From an uncultured Bacilli bacterium (GTDB lineage: Bacteria; Bacillota_I; Bacilli_A; RF39; UBA660): a stretch of DNA of 64,000 nucleotides. Below are positions 26,640-36,156 of this stretch, piece after piece. Where the stretch lies: positions 251 through 64,250 of the forward strand of contig CANRCE010000002.1 of the NCBI GenBank assembly GCA_947629035.1, read 5' to 3'. Made by a program: the position numbers and the translations under genes. The stretch's first letter is position 1. Each line of letters begins with the position of its first letter. Under the pieces are notes generated by a model. It was not told where the DNA came from and did no database searches. It saw only the letters and a list, made by a program, of their open reading frames with translations.

Positions 26640-27692
26640 TTGCAAAAGAAATTGATAATAAATTTTAGTTTAATATTAATAGTAATTACTATGGCATCAG
26701 TATATATAGGAAATACTTATGCTCATGCTGATGAATCATCCCAAGCAGCAACTACTTTATTAACAGAGGAGATTAAGAATAAAAGCCAAGGCCAAGGTTG
26801 GTCTTCGGGTAATGAAGGATTATATCAGGATGAAAATGGTGACTATCGATATGTCGGAGCAAATCCTAATAATTGGGTAATATTTAATGATGATAGATAT
26901 CAAATAATTGGTATGTTTAATAAAAATACCCATGGATTGGATGGCTATCGAGTAAAATTAATAAGAGCAAAACCAATCGGGGCTTATGCTTGGGGAGTAT
27001 ATAATGATAGCAATACTAGTGGTACTTATTCTAATTATAGTGCTAATTGGACTGGAAAAGGTCAAAGTACGCCAGCTAATTTATATGTTTTATTAAATGA
27101 ATATTTTTATAATAAAAAAGATACTTCAGATACATATGGTAATTGTAATGATTGGACATATTTTTCATCCAATTTAAGAAAAACCCAAAATTGTGATGTT
27201 ATAGTAGACTATGGTATAAAAAGTGAATATCAAAATTATATTGAAAGTGAGGCAACCTGGTATTTATATGGCATTTTAAGTACTAATTTAGAAGTACAAA
27301 GGCGAGATATGTACGAGTGTGAAAGAGGATCGGGAGATTGTACTAGTGCAAATAGTGGAGCATCTGATACAAGTATCACTGCGCCAATTGGACTTATGTA
27401 TCCTACTGATTATCTATATGCAACTAATAATTATGCTGATAGTAATAATGCTCATAAATTAGTCGAAAACAATTATGGTATTTCCAATTGGTTATATATG
27501 GGTTATGAGTGGACTATAACTCCAACTACTGATGAGCAAATTGCTCTTCGAGTTGAGTATAATAGTAGTATTAATAAAAATTATACTTGTTTTGCTAATC
27601 TTGTTCGTCCAACTTTTTATTTAAAGTCTGATGTTTATGTAAAAAGTGGTGATGGGTCATATAATAATCCTTATGTCTTGACACTTTCGTAA
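26640..27692 (+). CDS. secreted paralog (350 aa): signal peptide + family C-terminal domain
   Basis: TTG start with RBS aaaGAGGTG. Signal ...ITMASVYIGNTYA|HADE. Domain GLYQDENGDYRYVGANPNNWVIFNDDRYQIIGMF, NTHG, YGNCNDWTYF, NCD, ECERG, YAT, NWL, EWTITP, RPTFYLKSDVYV. Confidence 0.75.
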   Translation: MQKKLIINFSLILIVITMASVYIGNTYAHADESSQAATTLLTEEIKNKSQGQGWSSGNEGLYQDENGDYRYVGANPNNWVIFNDDRYQIIGMFNKNTHGLDGYRVKLIRAKPIGAYAWGVYNDSNTSGTYSNYSANWTGKGQSTPANLYVLLNEYFYNKKDTSDTYGNCNDWTYFSSNLRKTQNCDVIVDYGIKSEYQNYIESEATWYLYGILSTNLEVQRRDMYECERGSGDCTSANSGASDTSITAPIGLMYPTDYLYATNNYADSNNAHKLVENNYGISNWLYMGYEWTITPTTDEQIALRVEYNSSINKNYTCFANLVRPTFYLKSDVYVKSGDGSYNNPYVLTLS

Positions 27693-27936
27693 ATATATAG
27701 TTAATTTTCTTGAAAAAAAGAAATTATTATGATACAATTAATACATCTAGAGGATACGATATCTATTATATAAAACCGACTAAGGATATATACGGGAATC
27801 TAATACTTACTATGTGTTGAATGCTTAAGATATTTCTTAAGAATCCTAATTAGTTTGTTGTGATTACCCACCTGTTGTAAGAGCGGGTTTTATCCTAATT
27901 TAGAGTCGATCCTTTGGATTTTTTAATGGAGATAAA

Positions 27937-28626
27937 ATGGAAAGATTTGATAGAACAATTACTTTAATTGGAAATGATAATTTTAGATTAATTCAAAATT
28001 TAAAAGTAGCCGTAGTAGGGCTTGGTGGTGTAGGAGGATATGCTTTAGAATCATTAGCTAGAATGGGAGTATTAAATCTTATTATCGTCGATTATGATAT
28101 TGTTGATATTACCAATATAAATAGGCAAATTATTGCCGATACTAATACCATATCTAAAAAGAAAACTCTAGCTTTTAAAGAAAGACTTTTATTAATAAAT
28201 CCTTCTCTTAAAATAGAAATTTTAGATATAAAATTAGATAGTAGTAACATAGATAAATTATTTGCTTATGAAATGGATTATTTAATTGATGCTTGTGATG
28301 ATATAAATGTCAAAAAAGAACTTATAAAAAATTGTCTTAAAAAGAAAATAAAATTTATAAGTTCAATGGGAATGGGAAATAAATTAGATCCTAGTTTAAT
28401 TAAAATAACGGATATTAGAAATACCCTTTATGATCCTCTTGCTAAAATTTTAAGAAAATATGTCAAAGATAATAAGATAAAAGATAAAATAATGGTAGTA
28501 TCTTCAACTGAAAAACCACGTATTAAAAGTCGTGATAAAATAGGAACTGTAAGTTATGTTGCTTCCGTAGCAGGTTTACTTTGTACAAGTTATGTTATAA
28601 ATGATATATTAAAAGATAGATTATAA
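27937..28626 (+). CDS. tcdA: tRNA threonylcarbamoyladenosine dehydratase (ThiF/MoeB-like E1 fold)
   Basis: 229 aa. Rossmann GLGGVGG, DYDIVDITNINRQ. Confidence 0.75.
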   Translation: MERFDRTITLIGNDNFRLIQNLKVAVVGLGGVGGYALESLARMGVLNLIIVDYDIVDITNINRQIIADTNTISKKKTLAFKERLLLINPSLKIEILDIKLDSSNIDKLFAYEMDYLIDACDDINVKKELIKNCLKKKIKFISSMGMGNKLDPSLIKITDIRNTLYDPLAKILRKYVKDNKIKDKIMVVSSTEKPRIKSRDKIGTVSYVASVAGLLCTSYVINDILKDRL

Positions 28627-28632
28627 CTAAAA

Positions 28633-29853
28633 TTATGAATCTATCTTTTTTAAATTATCATTTATTTCTTTTAATATTTTTTCATTTTTATTATTTTTGG
28701 GATGATAATAGATTTTATCCACGATTTTATCAGGTAAATATTGTTGTTTAACATATGAATTTTTATAATTATGAGGATATAGATAAGTAGTTGAGGGATT
28801 TATTAGATGTTTAGGAACATTACCAGTATTACCTGTTTTAATATCATTAAGAGCAAGATCAATAGCCATAACAGCAGAATTACTTTTAGGAGATAGAGCC
28901 ATTTCAATTACAATCGCAGAAAGTGGTATTTTAGCTTCAGGAAATCCAACTCTTAATGCAGCATTAATTGCAGCATCCAATTTAGGACCTATCGTTGGAT
29001 TAGCAAGTCCAATATCTTCATAGGCAATAACTGATAATCTTCTAGCAATAGCTTCAATATCACCAGCAGCAATTAATCTTGCCAAGTAATGAAGTGAAGC
29101 ATCAACATCACTTCCTCTTATGGATTTTTGAAAAGCACTTAATACTTCATAATAGCCGTCTTCATTTTTATCATGAAAGAAATTAGCTTTATTATTAATA
29201 CTACTTAAAAGTTCTAAAGTAATCCTCTTATCATTTGAAGCATAATAAGCTACCTCAATTAAATTATAAACATAACGTAAATCATAACCAGCCATATTAA
29301 TTAAACTAACAATAGCATCTTGTTCAATAACAATTCCAGGAAGTAAATTAGAATTAATTACTCTATCTATTCCATCTTTAATATCATTGCTGTCTAACTC
29401 ATGAAGCTCAAATAATTGACAACGACTTCTGATAGCAGAATTAATACTATGATAAGGATTAGAAGTAGTCATGCCAATTAGAGTTATAAGTCCATTTTCT
29501 AAAAAAGGAAGTAAAAGATCCTGTTTATCTTTATTTAAACGATGAATTTCATCCATAATCAAAATCATGCCATTATTATATTTAGCTTCTTCGATTACTG
29601 TATCAAAATCTTTTTTATTGTTAATAGTAGCATTCAACATGCGATATTTAAGATTAAGTTCATTAACAATAGCAAGAGCAATACTAGTCTTACCAATTCC
29701 AGGTTTACCATATAAAATCATGGAAAATAACTTTTTATTATTAACTAAATTAGTCAGAACTTTATCATCACCAATTAAATGTTTTTGCCCAATAACTTCA
29801 GAAAGTTTATTAGGTCTAAGTTTAATAGCTAATAATTCATTCATTAAGCTCAC
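28633..29853 (-). CDS. rarA: replication-associated recombination protein A (MgsA/RarA AAA+ ATPase)
   Basis: 406 aa. LYGKPGIGKTSIALAI, IMDEIHRLNK, C-terminal MgsA helical domain (YYHPKNN...). Confidence 0.85.
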   Translation of the reverse strand: MSLMNELLAIKLRPNKLSEVIGQKHLIGDDKVLTNLVNNKKLFSMILYGKPGIGKTSIALAIVNELNLKYRMLNATINNKKDFDTVIEEAKYNNGMILIMDEIHRLNKDKQDLLLPFLENGLITLIGMTTSNPYHSINSAIRSRCQLFELHELDSNDIKDGIDRVINSNLLPGIVIEQDAIVSLINMAGYDLRYVYNLIEVAYYASNDKRITLELLSSINNKANFFHDKNEDGYYEVLSAFQKSIRGSDVDASLHYLARLIAAGDIEAIARRLSVIAYEDIGLANPTIGPKLDAAINAALRVGFPEAKIPLSAIVIEMALSPKSNSAVMAIDLALNDIKTGNTGNVPKHLINPSTTYLYPHNYKNSYVKQQYLPDKIVDKIYYHPKNNKNEKILKEINDNLKKIDS

Positions 29854-30034
29854 TTCCTATATAGATAATTTTATCAAAAACTAAAGTTGATGTAAAGTAT
29901 ATTTAAAATAGTAAATTTAAGTGTTAATTTTTATATCTTTTTATTTAACAAGAGTAGATTTTTCTAAAAAAAAATGCTAAAATTGATTTGTAAGATATGA
30001 TAGTTGTTATATCTTAAGTAGGAGTTTCTTAATT

Positions 30035-30973
30035 ATGCGAAGAAAAATTGAAGATTTAGATTTAGGAAAGGCTAGTATTTTAGTATTAAAAGAATATAAG
30101 TATTATTTAGAAAATGTTTTAAGTAAACAAGATAATAGTGTTATGTCATATATTACGGATATTATCTTATATTTAAAATTTCAAGAAAAAGAAAAGGGTA
30201 AGTTTGATGATATCGCTAAACTTACTACTAAAATAAGTATTGATGATATTGAAAAATATATACAATATTTAGTGTCTTCATCATATTCAGATACTTCGAT
30301 AAGAAGAAAAATGATATCAATTAAATTATTTCACAAATATTTAAGTCATAAATATAGTGTTTATGATTGTGCAGAAAAATTACAAAGTAGAAAAATACAA
30401 AAAAAATTACCAGAGGCTTTAACTATCGAAGAAGTAGAAAAATTACTTGATATTAAATTAGAAAATGCTTATGATTATCGTAATAAAGCTATGTTAGAGC
30501 TTATGTATGCAACGGGATTAAGAGTTAGTGAATTAGTAGGTCTAACTTTATATGATATTGATTTAAAAGAGGGTTATTTGCGATGTAAAGGTAAGGGTAA
30601 TAAAGTTAGAATTGTTCCTATTGGAGAAGTTGCTTTAGATTATTTAAATATTTATTTAGATAATTATCGTAGTAGTTTAAAAAAAGCTTATGTTTGTGAT
30701 AATATTTTTTTAAATAATCATGGTAAAGCTATTAGTAGGCAAGGCTTTTTTAAAATAATAAAAAAACAAGCAATGGATGTTGGTATTACAAAGGAAATAA
30801 GTCCTCATATGTTAAGACATTCTTTTGCAACACATCTTCTTAATAATGGAGCAGATTTAAGAAGTATTCAAATGATGTTAGGTCATGCTAATTTATCGAC
30901 TACGCAAATTTATACAAATTTAACTAATGATGTTTTAAGAGAAAATTATGATTTATATCATCCAAGAAGCTAG
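30035..30973 (+). CDS. xerD: tyrosine site-specific recombinase, XerD/XerC family
   Basis: 312 aa. Catalytic region HMLRHSFATHLLNNGADLRSIQMMLGHANLSTTQIYT (R..H..R..Y). The LSTTQIYT ending looks closer to Bacillus XerD (RipX) than XerC, so the D-versus-C assignment is tentative. Confidence 0.75.
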   Translation: MRRKIEDLDLGKASILVLKEYKYYLENVLSKQDNSVMSYITDIILYLKFQEKEKGKFDDIAKLTTKISIDDIEKYIQYLVSSSYSDTSIRRKMISIKLFHKYLSHKYSVYDCAEKLQSRKIQKKLPEALTIEEVEKLLDIKLENAYDYRNKAMLELMYATGLRVSELVGLTLYDIDLKEGYLRCKGKGNKVRIVPIGEVALDYLNIYLDNYRSSLKKAYVCDNIFLNNHGKAISRQGFFKIIKKQAMDVGITKEISPHMLRHSFATHLLNNGADLRSIQMMLGHANLSTTQIYTNLTNDVLRENYDLYHPRS

Positions 30974-30984
30974 GGAGGAAGATT

Positions 30985-32349
30985 ATGAAAATAAATAAAT
31001 TAATGTTTAGAGAATATGATATAAGAGGTATTTATAATGAAGATATTACTGTTGGTGTAGCATATTTAATTGGAAGAGGATTTGCCTCTAATTTAAGAAA
31101 AAGAAATATTACGAAAACAATAGTGGGTTATGATAATAGACTATCTTCAAAAGATATTGAAAAAGAGTTAGTACAAGGTATTATTGATAGTGGTGTAGAT
31201 GTTGTAAGATTAGGTTTAGTAACAACACCGATGTATTATTATTCATGGGATTTACTTAATATTAAATGTGGTATTATGATAACAGCTTCACATAATCCAA
31301 AAGAATATAATGGTTTTAAGTTTTCTTATAATGGTATTAATAATGCTTTTGGTAAGGAAGTAACAGATTTATATGATACAATTATAAATGAAGATTTTTA
31401 TGATGGTAAAGGTATTATAAGTGATTTTTCTATTACGAAAGATTATATTGATTTAATTACTAATTCAATTAGTCTAGGAGATAGAAAATTAAAAGTCGTT
31501 TATGATTGTGGTAATGGTACAACTTCAATTATTGCTAATAAAATATTTGAAAAATTTAATAATATTGAATTTATACCTTTATTTGATAAATCTGATGGTA
31601 ATTTTCCAAATCATCATCCTGATCCTTGTGTTGAAGAAAACTTAAAAGATTTAAAAGCAGAAGTCTTAAAAAATAAAGCACAACTAGGTATTGCTTTTGA
31701 TGGTGATGGTGATCGAGTTGGAATAGTAGATGAGCATGGTAATATGGTCGATATAGATAAGTATATGATTATTATTTGGCGTGATATTTACGATAAAGTA
31801 AGTCCTAAAAAAGCCTTATTTGATGTTAAATGTTCTAAAGTACTAGAGGATGAACTTGTTAAATTGAATATAGAACCAGTCTGTTATCGAACGGGAAATT
31901 CTTATATGAAAGAAAAGTCAGTAAGTGGTAATTTCCCTTTTGGAGGTGAATTATCAGGTCATGTCTTTTTTAGAGATAGATTTTTAGGTATTGATGATGG
32001 TATTTATGCAGGTTTAAGATTAATAGAAATTTTAAGTAAAACAGATAAAAATGTAAGTGATTTACTTTTAGGTATTAATACTTATTATGCTACTAAAGAA
32101 TTAAAAAGAGAAGTTAGTGATGATAAAAAATTTGAAATTGTTAAAGAAGTTTTAAATTACTGTCAAAAGAAAAATTACAAAGTACTTACTATCGATGGTG
32201 TTAAAGCTATATTTGAAGATGGAAGTGCAATTGTTAGAGCTTCAAATACTGGTCCTAATATAACTATGCGTTATGAGGCAACTAGTGAAAAAAGAAAAGA
32301 AGAAATTCAAAAAGAGTTTGATAGTTTATTAGATAATTTACTTAAATAA
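30985..32349 (+). CDS. phosphohexomutase family enzyme (phosphomannomutase / phosphoglucomutase / possibly GlmM)
   Basis: 454 aa. Active-site serine loop GIMITASHNPKEYNGFKF. Mg-binding FDGDGDR. Sugar-binding GGELSGH. Confidence 0.75.
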   Translation: MKINKLMFREYDIRGIYNEDITVGVAYLIGRGFASNLRKRNITKTIVGYDNRLSSKDIEKELVQGIIDSGVDVVRLGLVTTPMYYYSWDLLNIKCGIMITASHNPKEYNGFKFSYNGINNAFGKEVTDLYDTIINEDFYDGKGIISDFSITKDYIDLITNSISLGDRKLKVVYDCGNGTTSIIANKIFEKFNNIEFIPLFDKSDGNFPNHHPDPCVEENLKDLKAEVLKNKAQLGIAFDGDGDRVGIVDEHGNMVDIDKYMIIIWRDIYDKVSPKKALFDVKCSKVLEDELVKLNIEPVCYRTGNSYMKEKSVSGNFPFGGELSGHVFFRDRFLGIDDGIYAGLRLIEILSKTDKNVSDLLLGINTYYATKELKREVSDDKKFEIVKEVLNYCQKKNYKVLTIDGVKAIFEDGSAIVRASNTGPNITMRYEATSEKRKEEIQKEFDSLLDNLLK

Positions 32350-32412
32350 AAATTTATCTATCTTTTTAAAATAAAATAATGTATAATTAAAATATAAGGA
32401 GCGTAGATATTT

Positions 32413-32937
32413 ATGTCAAAAGAATCGTTTTTAATTATTTTTATAGGGGCAATTTTAGGATTTATTATTATTTTAATGGTAGGTTTATATACTAGACTTT
32501 TAAATCGAAAAAGTAAAGTGATAGAAAAGTTTGAACAAATTGATTTAGCATTACAAAAAAAATGTGAAATAATTCCTAATTTAATTGATATATTAAAAGA
32601 ATATTTTCAAGATGAAAGTTTATTTGAGGAAATAATAAATGCAAGAAATATTTTATTAGAGGCTAGTGATATTAATAGTAAAATTAATGCTAATCTAAAT
32701 TTAGATAATGTTCTTATAAGAATATTTGATGTTTGTAAAAATAATATAAATTTAAATGAAAATAAAAAATATCAAGAAATGGTAAAAGATTTTGAAGAAT
32801 ATAATAATAAAATTGATTATGCGATTAGTTTTTATAATGATTCGGTTGCAGACTATAATAATTTTAAGAAAAAATTTCCTTTAAATATATTTATTAAGCT
32901 AATGAAATCTAGTAATTTTAACTTTTATAATAAATAG
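32413..32937 (+). CDS. lemA: LemA family membrane protein
   Basis: 174 aa. N-terminal TM then LYTRLLNRKSKVIEKFEQIDLALQKKCEIIPNLIDILKEY. Confidence 0.7.
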   Translation: MSKESFLIIFIGAILGFIIILMVGLYTRLLNRKSKVIEKFEQIDLALQKKCEIIPNLIDILKEYFQDESLFEEIINARNILLEASDINSKINANLNLDNVLIRIFDVCKNNINLNENKKYQEMVKDFEEYNNKIDYAISFYNDSVADYNNFKKKFPLNIFIKLMKSSNFNFYNK

Positions 32938-32941
32938 TATT

Positions 32942-33577
32942 ATGGTAGAATTTGAGTATCAAGATAAAATATTTAAAACAGAAATAATTAGAAAAAATAA
33001 TAAGAATACTTATATTAGAGTAAAAGATGATAAAGTTATCGTTACTACTAATTATTTAGTAAGCAATAAACAAATTGAAAAACTAATTTATGATAATCAA
33101 AAATCAATTATAAGAATGATTAAAAACTATGAGCAAAAAAATGCTAATAGTAAAATATTTAAACTATTTGGAAAAGAATATGATATAATCTATGGTAATT
33201 TATTTTCTAAAGTAGAAGTTAGTGATAATAAAATATTTGCTTGTGATGAAAAAAAATTAGCTAGATATTTAAAAAAATATATTGAACAAATATTTAAAGA
33301 AAGGCTTCTTTATAATTATAATTTATTTGAAGAAAAAATACCTTATCCAGATTTAAGAATAAGAAAGATGAAAACAAGATGGGGAGTATGTAATACTAAA
33401 AGGCATATTGTAACTTTAAATTTAGAATTATCAAGATATGAAATATGTTATTTAGATTATGTTATTATTCATGAGCTTTCTCATTTGATTTATCCTAATC
33501 ATCAAAAAGAGTTTTGGATGCTTGTAGGTAAATATTGTAAAAATTATAAAGTTTTAAGAAAGAATTTAAGAAATTAG
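32942..33577 (+). CDS. M48-family/DUF45 (YgjP-like) zinc metallopeptidase
   Basis: 211 aa. HExxH in VIIHELSHLIYPNH. Commonly found beside lemA. Confidence 0.6.
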   Translation: MVEFEYQDKIFKTEIIRKNNKNTYIRVKDDKVIVTTNYLVSNKQIEKLIYDNQKSIIRMIKNYEQKNANSKIFKLFGKEYDIIYGNLFSKVEVSDNKIFACDEKKLARYLKKYIEQIFKERLLYNYNLFEEKIPYPDLRIRKMKTRWGVCNTKRHIVTLNLELSRYEICYLDYVIIHELSHLIYPNHQKEFWMLVGKYCKNYKVLRKNLRN

Positions 33578-33641
33578 ATTCTTTTTTCTTTATTTTTCAT
33601 CTAATCTATATTATAATAAAAGTAGAAATGAGGAAGTTAAT

Positions 33642-34370
33642 ATGTTAATAACATCATTAAATAATAGTCATATTAAAGATTTAATAAAACTAAAAGATAA
33701 AAAATATCGAGATAAAAATAAAAAATTTCTTATTGAGGGTGAACATCTTGTTTTAGAAGCTTATAAAAAAGGTTTAATTGAAGAATTAATTTTAGATGAA
33801 GATGCACTTTTTCCTCTTGATGTTAAAACAATTTATGTTACAAAGCAAATTATAAGAAAAATTAGTAGTTTAGATACACCATGTAATATTTTAGCTTTAG
33901 TAAGACAACCAAATGAAGAGAAGATGGGAGATAAAATATTAATGGTCGATGGTATTCAAGATCCTGGTAATTTAGGAACGATCATAAGAAGCGCTACAGC
34001 TTTTGATATTGATACGGTTATTTTATCTTCTGATTGTGTTGATTTATATAATCCTAAAACAATCAGATCTACTCAAGGAATGCTATTTCATATAAATATT
34101 TTAAGAAGAGATTTAGGTTCTTGTATTTTAAAATTAAAGGAAGAGGGCTATAAAATAGTGGGTACAAAAGTAACACATGGAATAGATGTCAAAGATGCTA
34201 AAATATTTAATCATTTTGCTTTAATCGTAGGTAGCGAGGGAAGTGGAGTAAAAGAAAATTTATTAGATTTATGCGATGAGAATTTATATATAAAAATGAA
34301 TGATGCCTGTGAGAGTTTAAATGTTGCTGTAGCAAGTTCTATCTTAATGTACGAGTTATATCACAAATGA
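33642..34370 (+). CDS. TrmH/SpoU-family RNA 2'-O-methyltransferase
   Basis: 242 aa. SPOUT motifs DGIQDPGNLGTIIRSA, ALIVGSEGSGV, NVAVASSILMYE. Confidence 0.75.
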   Translation: MLITSLNNSHIKDLIKLKDKKYRDKNKKFLIEGEHLVLEAYKKGLIEELILDEDALFPLDVKTIYVTKQIIRKISSLDTPCNILALVRQPNEEKMGDKILMVDGIQDPGNLGTIIRSATAFDIDTVILSSDCVDLYNPKTIRSTQGMLFHINILRRDLGSCILKLKEEGYKIVGTKVTHGIDVKDAKIFNHFALIVGSEGSGVKENLLDLCDENLYIKMNDACESLNVAVASSILMYELYHK

Positions 34371-34861
34371 GCTATATTTATTTAGGAAAAATAGTAAATA
34401 CTCATGGCATTAAAGGAGAAGTTCGTATTTTATCTAATTTTATATATAAAGATTTAATTTTTAAAAAGAATTTTAAAGTTTATATAGGAAAAGAAAAAAA
34501 GGAAGAAGAAATTTTAACTTATCGCAAACATAAGCAATTTGATATGTTAACTTTTATTGGCTATACTAATATAAATGAAGTATTAAAATATAAAGGACAA
34601 AATATTTATTTTAAAAAAGAAGATTTAAAGTTAGAGGAAGGTAAATATCTTGATGAAGATTTAATAAATTTAAAGGCTATGTTTTTAAATAAAGAAATAG
34701 GTTTTATTAAAAGGATAGAAAGATATGAAAAAAATTGTTTAATTGTTATTGAAAATAATAAATTAGAGTATTTAGTACCATATCATGATAATTTTATTGA
34801 AAAAATAGATTTAACTAAAAAAATAATTGTATTTAAAAATATTGAAGGACTGATAAGATGA
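34367..34861 (+). CDS. rimM: 16S rRNA processing protein RimM
   Basis: 164 aa. LGKIVNTHGIKGEVRI N-terminus and PRC barrel. Stop overlaps trmD. Confidence 0.75.
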   Translation: MSYIYLGKIVNTHGIKGEVRILSNFIYKDLIFKKNFKVYIGKEKKEEEILTYRKHKQFDMLTFIGYTNINEVLKYKGQNIYFKKEDLKLEEGKYLDEDLINLKAMFLNKEIGFIKRIERYEKNCLIVIENNKLEYLVPYHDNFIEKIDLTKKIIVFKNIEGLIR

Positions 34862-35538
34862 AAATAGATGTACTAACCTTATTTGAACAAATGTATCAAA
34901 ATTTTTTAGAAGAATCGATAATAAAAAGAGCAATTGAAAGTAAAAAAATAGAAGTTAATCTTCATAATATTAGAGATTATTCTCTTGATAAACATAAGAA
35001 AGTAGATGATTATCCTTATGGTGGGGGAGCAGGTATGGTTTTGATGTGCGAACCTATTTTTCGAGCAATTGATGATTTAAAAAAAGAGAATACTAAAGTT
35101 ATTATGATGAGTCCAAGGGGAAAGGTTTTTAATCAAAAAAAAGCTGTAGAACTTTCTTTAAATGAACATTTAATTATTTTATGTGGTCATTATGAGGGAT
35201 TTGATGAGAGAATTAGCACTATTGTCGATGAAGAAATATCAATTGGAGATTATATTCTTACCGGAGGAGAACTTGCTTCGATGGTTGTGATGGATGCAAT
35301 TATTAGATTAGTACCTGATGTTATCAGTGATGATTCTAAAACTTTTGAATCTTTTAACGATAATTTATTAGATTATCCCAATTATACCTATCCAAGAGAA
35401 TTTCGAGGATTAAAAGTACCAGAGGTTTTACTATCAGGACATCATGAAAATATTGATAAGTATCGAAATGAAATGCGTTATAAAATAACCCAAGAAAAAC
35501 GACCAGATTTACTAGAGAGGACTGATAATGATGAGTAA
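34858..35538 (+). CDS. trmD: tRNA (guanine37-N1)-methyltransferase
   Basis: 226 aa. DDYPYGGGAGMVLM and ILCGHYEGFDERI. Gene order rimM-trmD is conserved. Confidence 0.9.
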   Translation: MKIDVLTLFEQMYQNFLEESIIKRAIESKKIEVNLHNIRDYSLDKHKKVDDYPYGGGAGMVLMCEPIFRAIDDLKKENTKVIMMSPRGKVFNQKKAVELSLNEHLIILCGHYEGFDERISTIVDEEISIGDYILTGGELASMVVMDAIIRLVPDVISDDSKTFESFNDNLLDYPNYTYPREFRGLKVPEVLLSGHHENIDKYRNEMRYKITQEKRPDLLERTDNDE

Positions 35539-35998
35539 TTTTTATATCGAAAAAAATAAGAGTACTAACGAAACGATATATTTAGAATTTGATAAGTTAA
35601 AAGGCTACAATATAAAACCTAAAAAACAACCAGATGATGCTATTTTAGTAAACAAAATAGTATTTGTATCACCAACTTTAACGGAAAAATTAATTAGAAA
35701 AAAAATAGATTTGCAAATAAATAAATTTTTAAATGCAATAAAGGATTATAATGAAGATGATAGTGATGATGAAAGTGGTATTAGAAAAACACTTGAAGAT
35801 GCTGAAAGATTAAAATTAAATATTATCACTAATTATGTAAAATTTTTAGGAAATACTTATCAAAGTTTAACTCTTAAAAAAATTCAAATTATTATCAATG
35901 AACTTCGAATGAAATTATATGATATAAGAGAAAGAAAACAACTTTTAATGTTCTATGAACAATTTAAAAATACAGAAACACGACCAAAGGGAAGATAA
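35528..35998 (+). CDS. hypothetical protein (occupies the slot where rplS usually follows trmD)
   Basis: 156 aa, acidic middle (DYNEDDSDDESG), no recognisable motif. Overlaps the trmD end by 11 nt. Confidence 0.4.
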   Translation: MMSNFYIEKNKSTNETIYLEFDKLKGYNIKPKKQPDDAILVNKIVFVSPTLTEKLIRKKIDLQINKFLNAIKDYNEDDSDDESGIRKTLEDAERLKLNIITNYVKFLGNTYQSLTLKKIQIIINELRMKLYDIRERKQLLMFYEQFKNTETRPKGR

Positions 35999-36156
35999 TA
36001 GATAAAATATTATAATTTTTAATTGTAAGATATTTATTGATATCTTTTTCTTTATATGATGTTTTTTATAGCAAAACAAACAAATGTATCTAAAAATATT
36101 GACATTTAATTTGTTCTATTATAAAATTAATTTAGTAAAAAAGTAGGTGATTAGTT

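Noticed and set aside
29567-29884. 105-aa + strand ORF overlapping rarA
   Set aside because: Antisense to rarA, which has unambiguous AAA+ motifs.
28633-30973. rarA plus tyrosine recombinase as a possible integrative-element boundary
   Set aside because: The recombinase has XerD-type catalytic-region similarity and sits among housekeeping genes. No att-like direct repeats, integrase-adjacent tRNA, or phage/ICE genes nearby.
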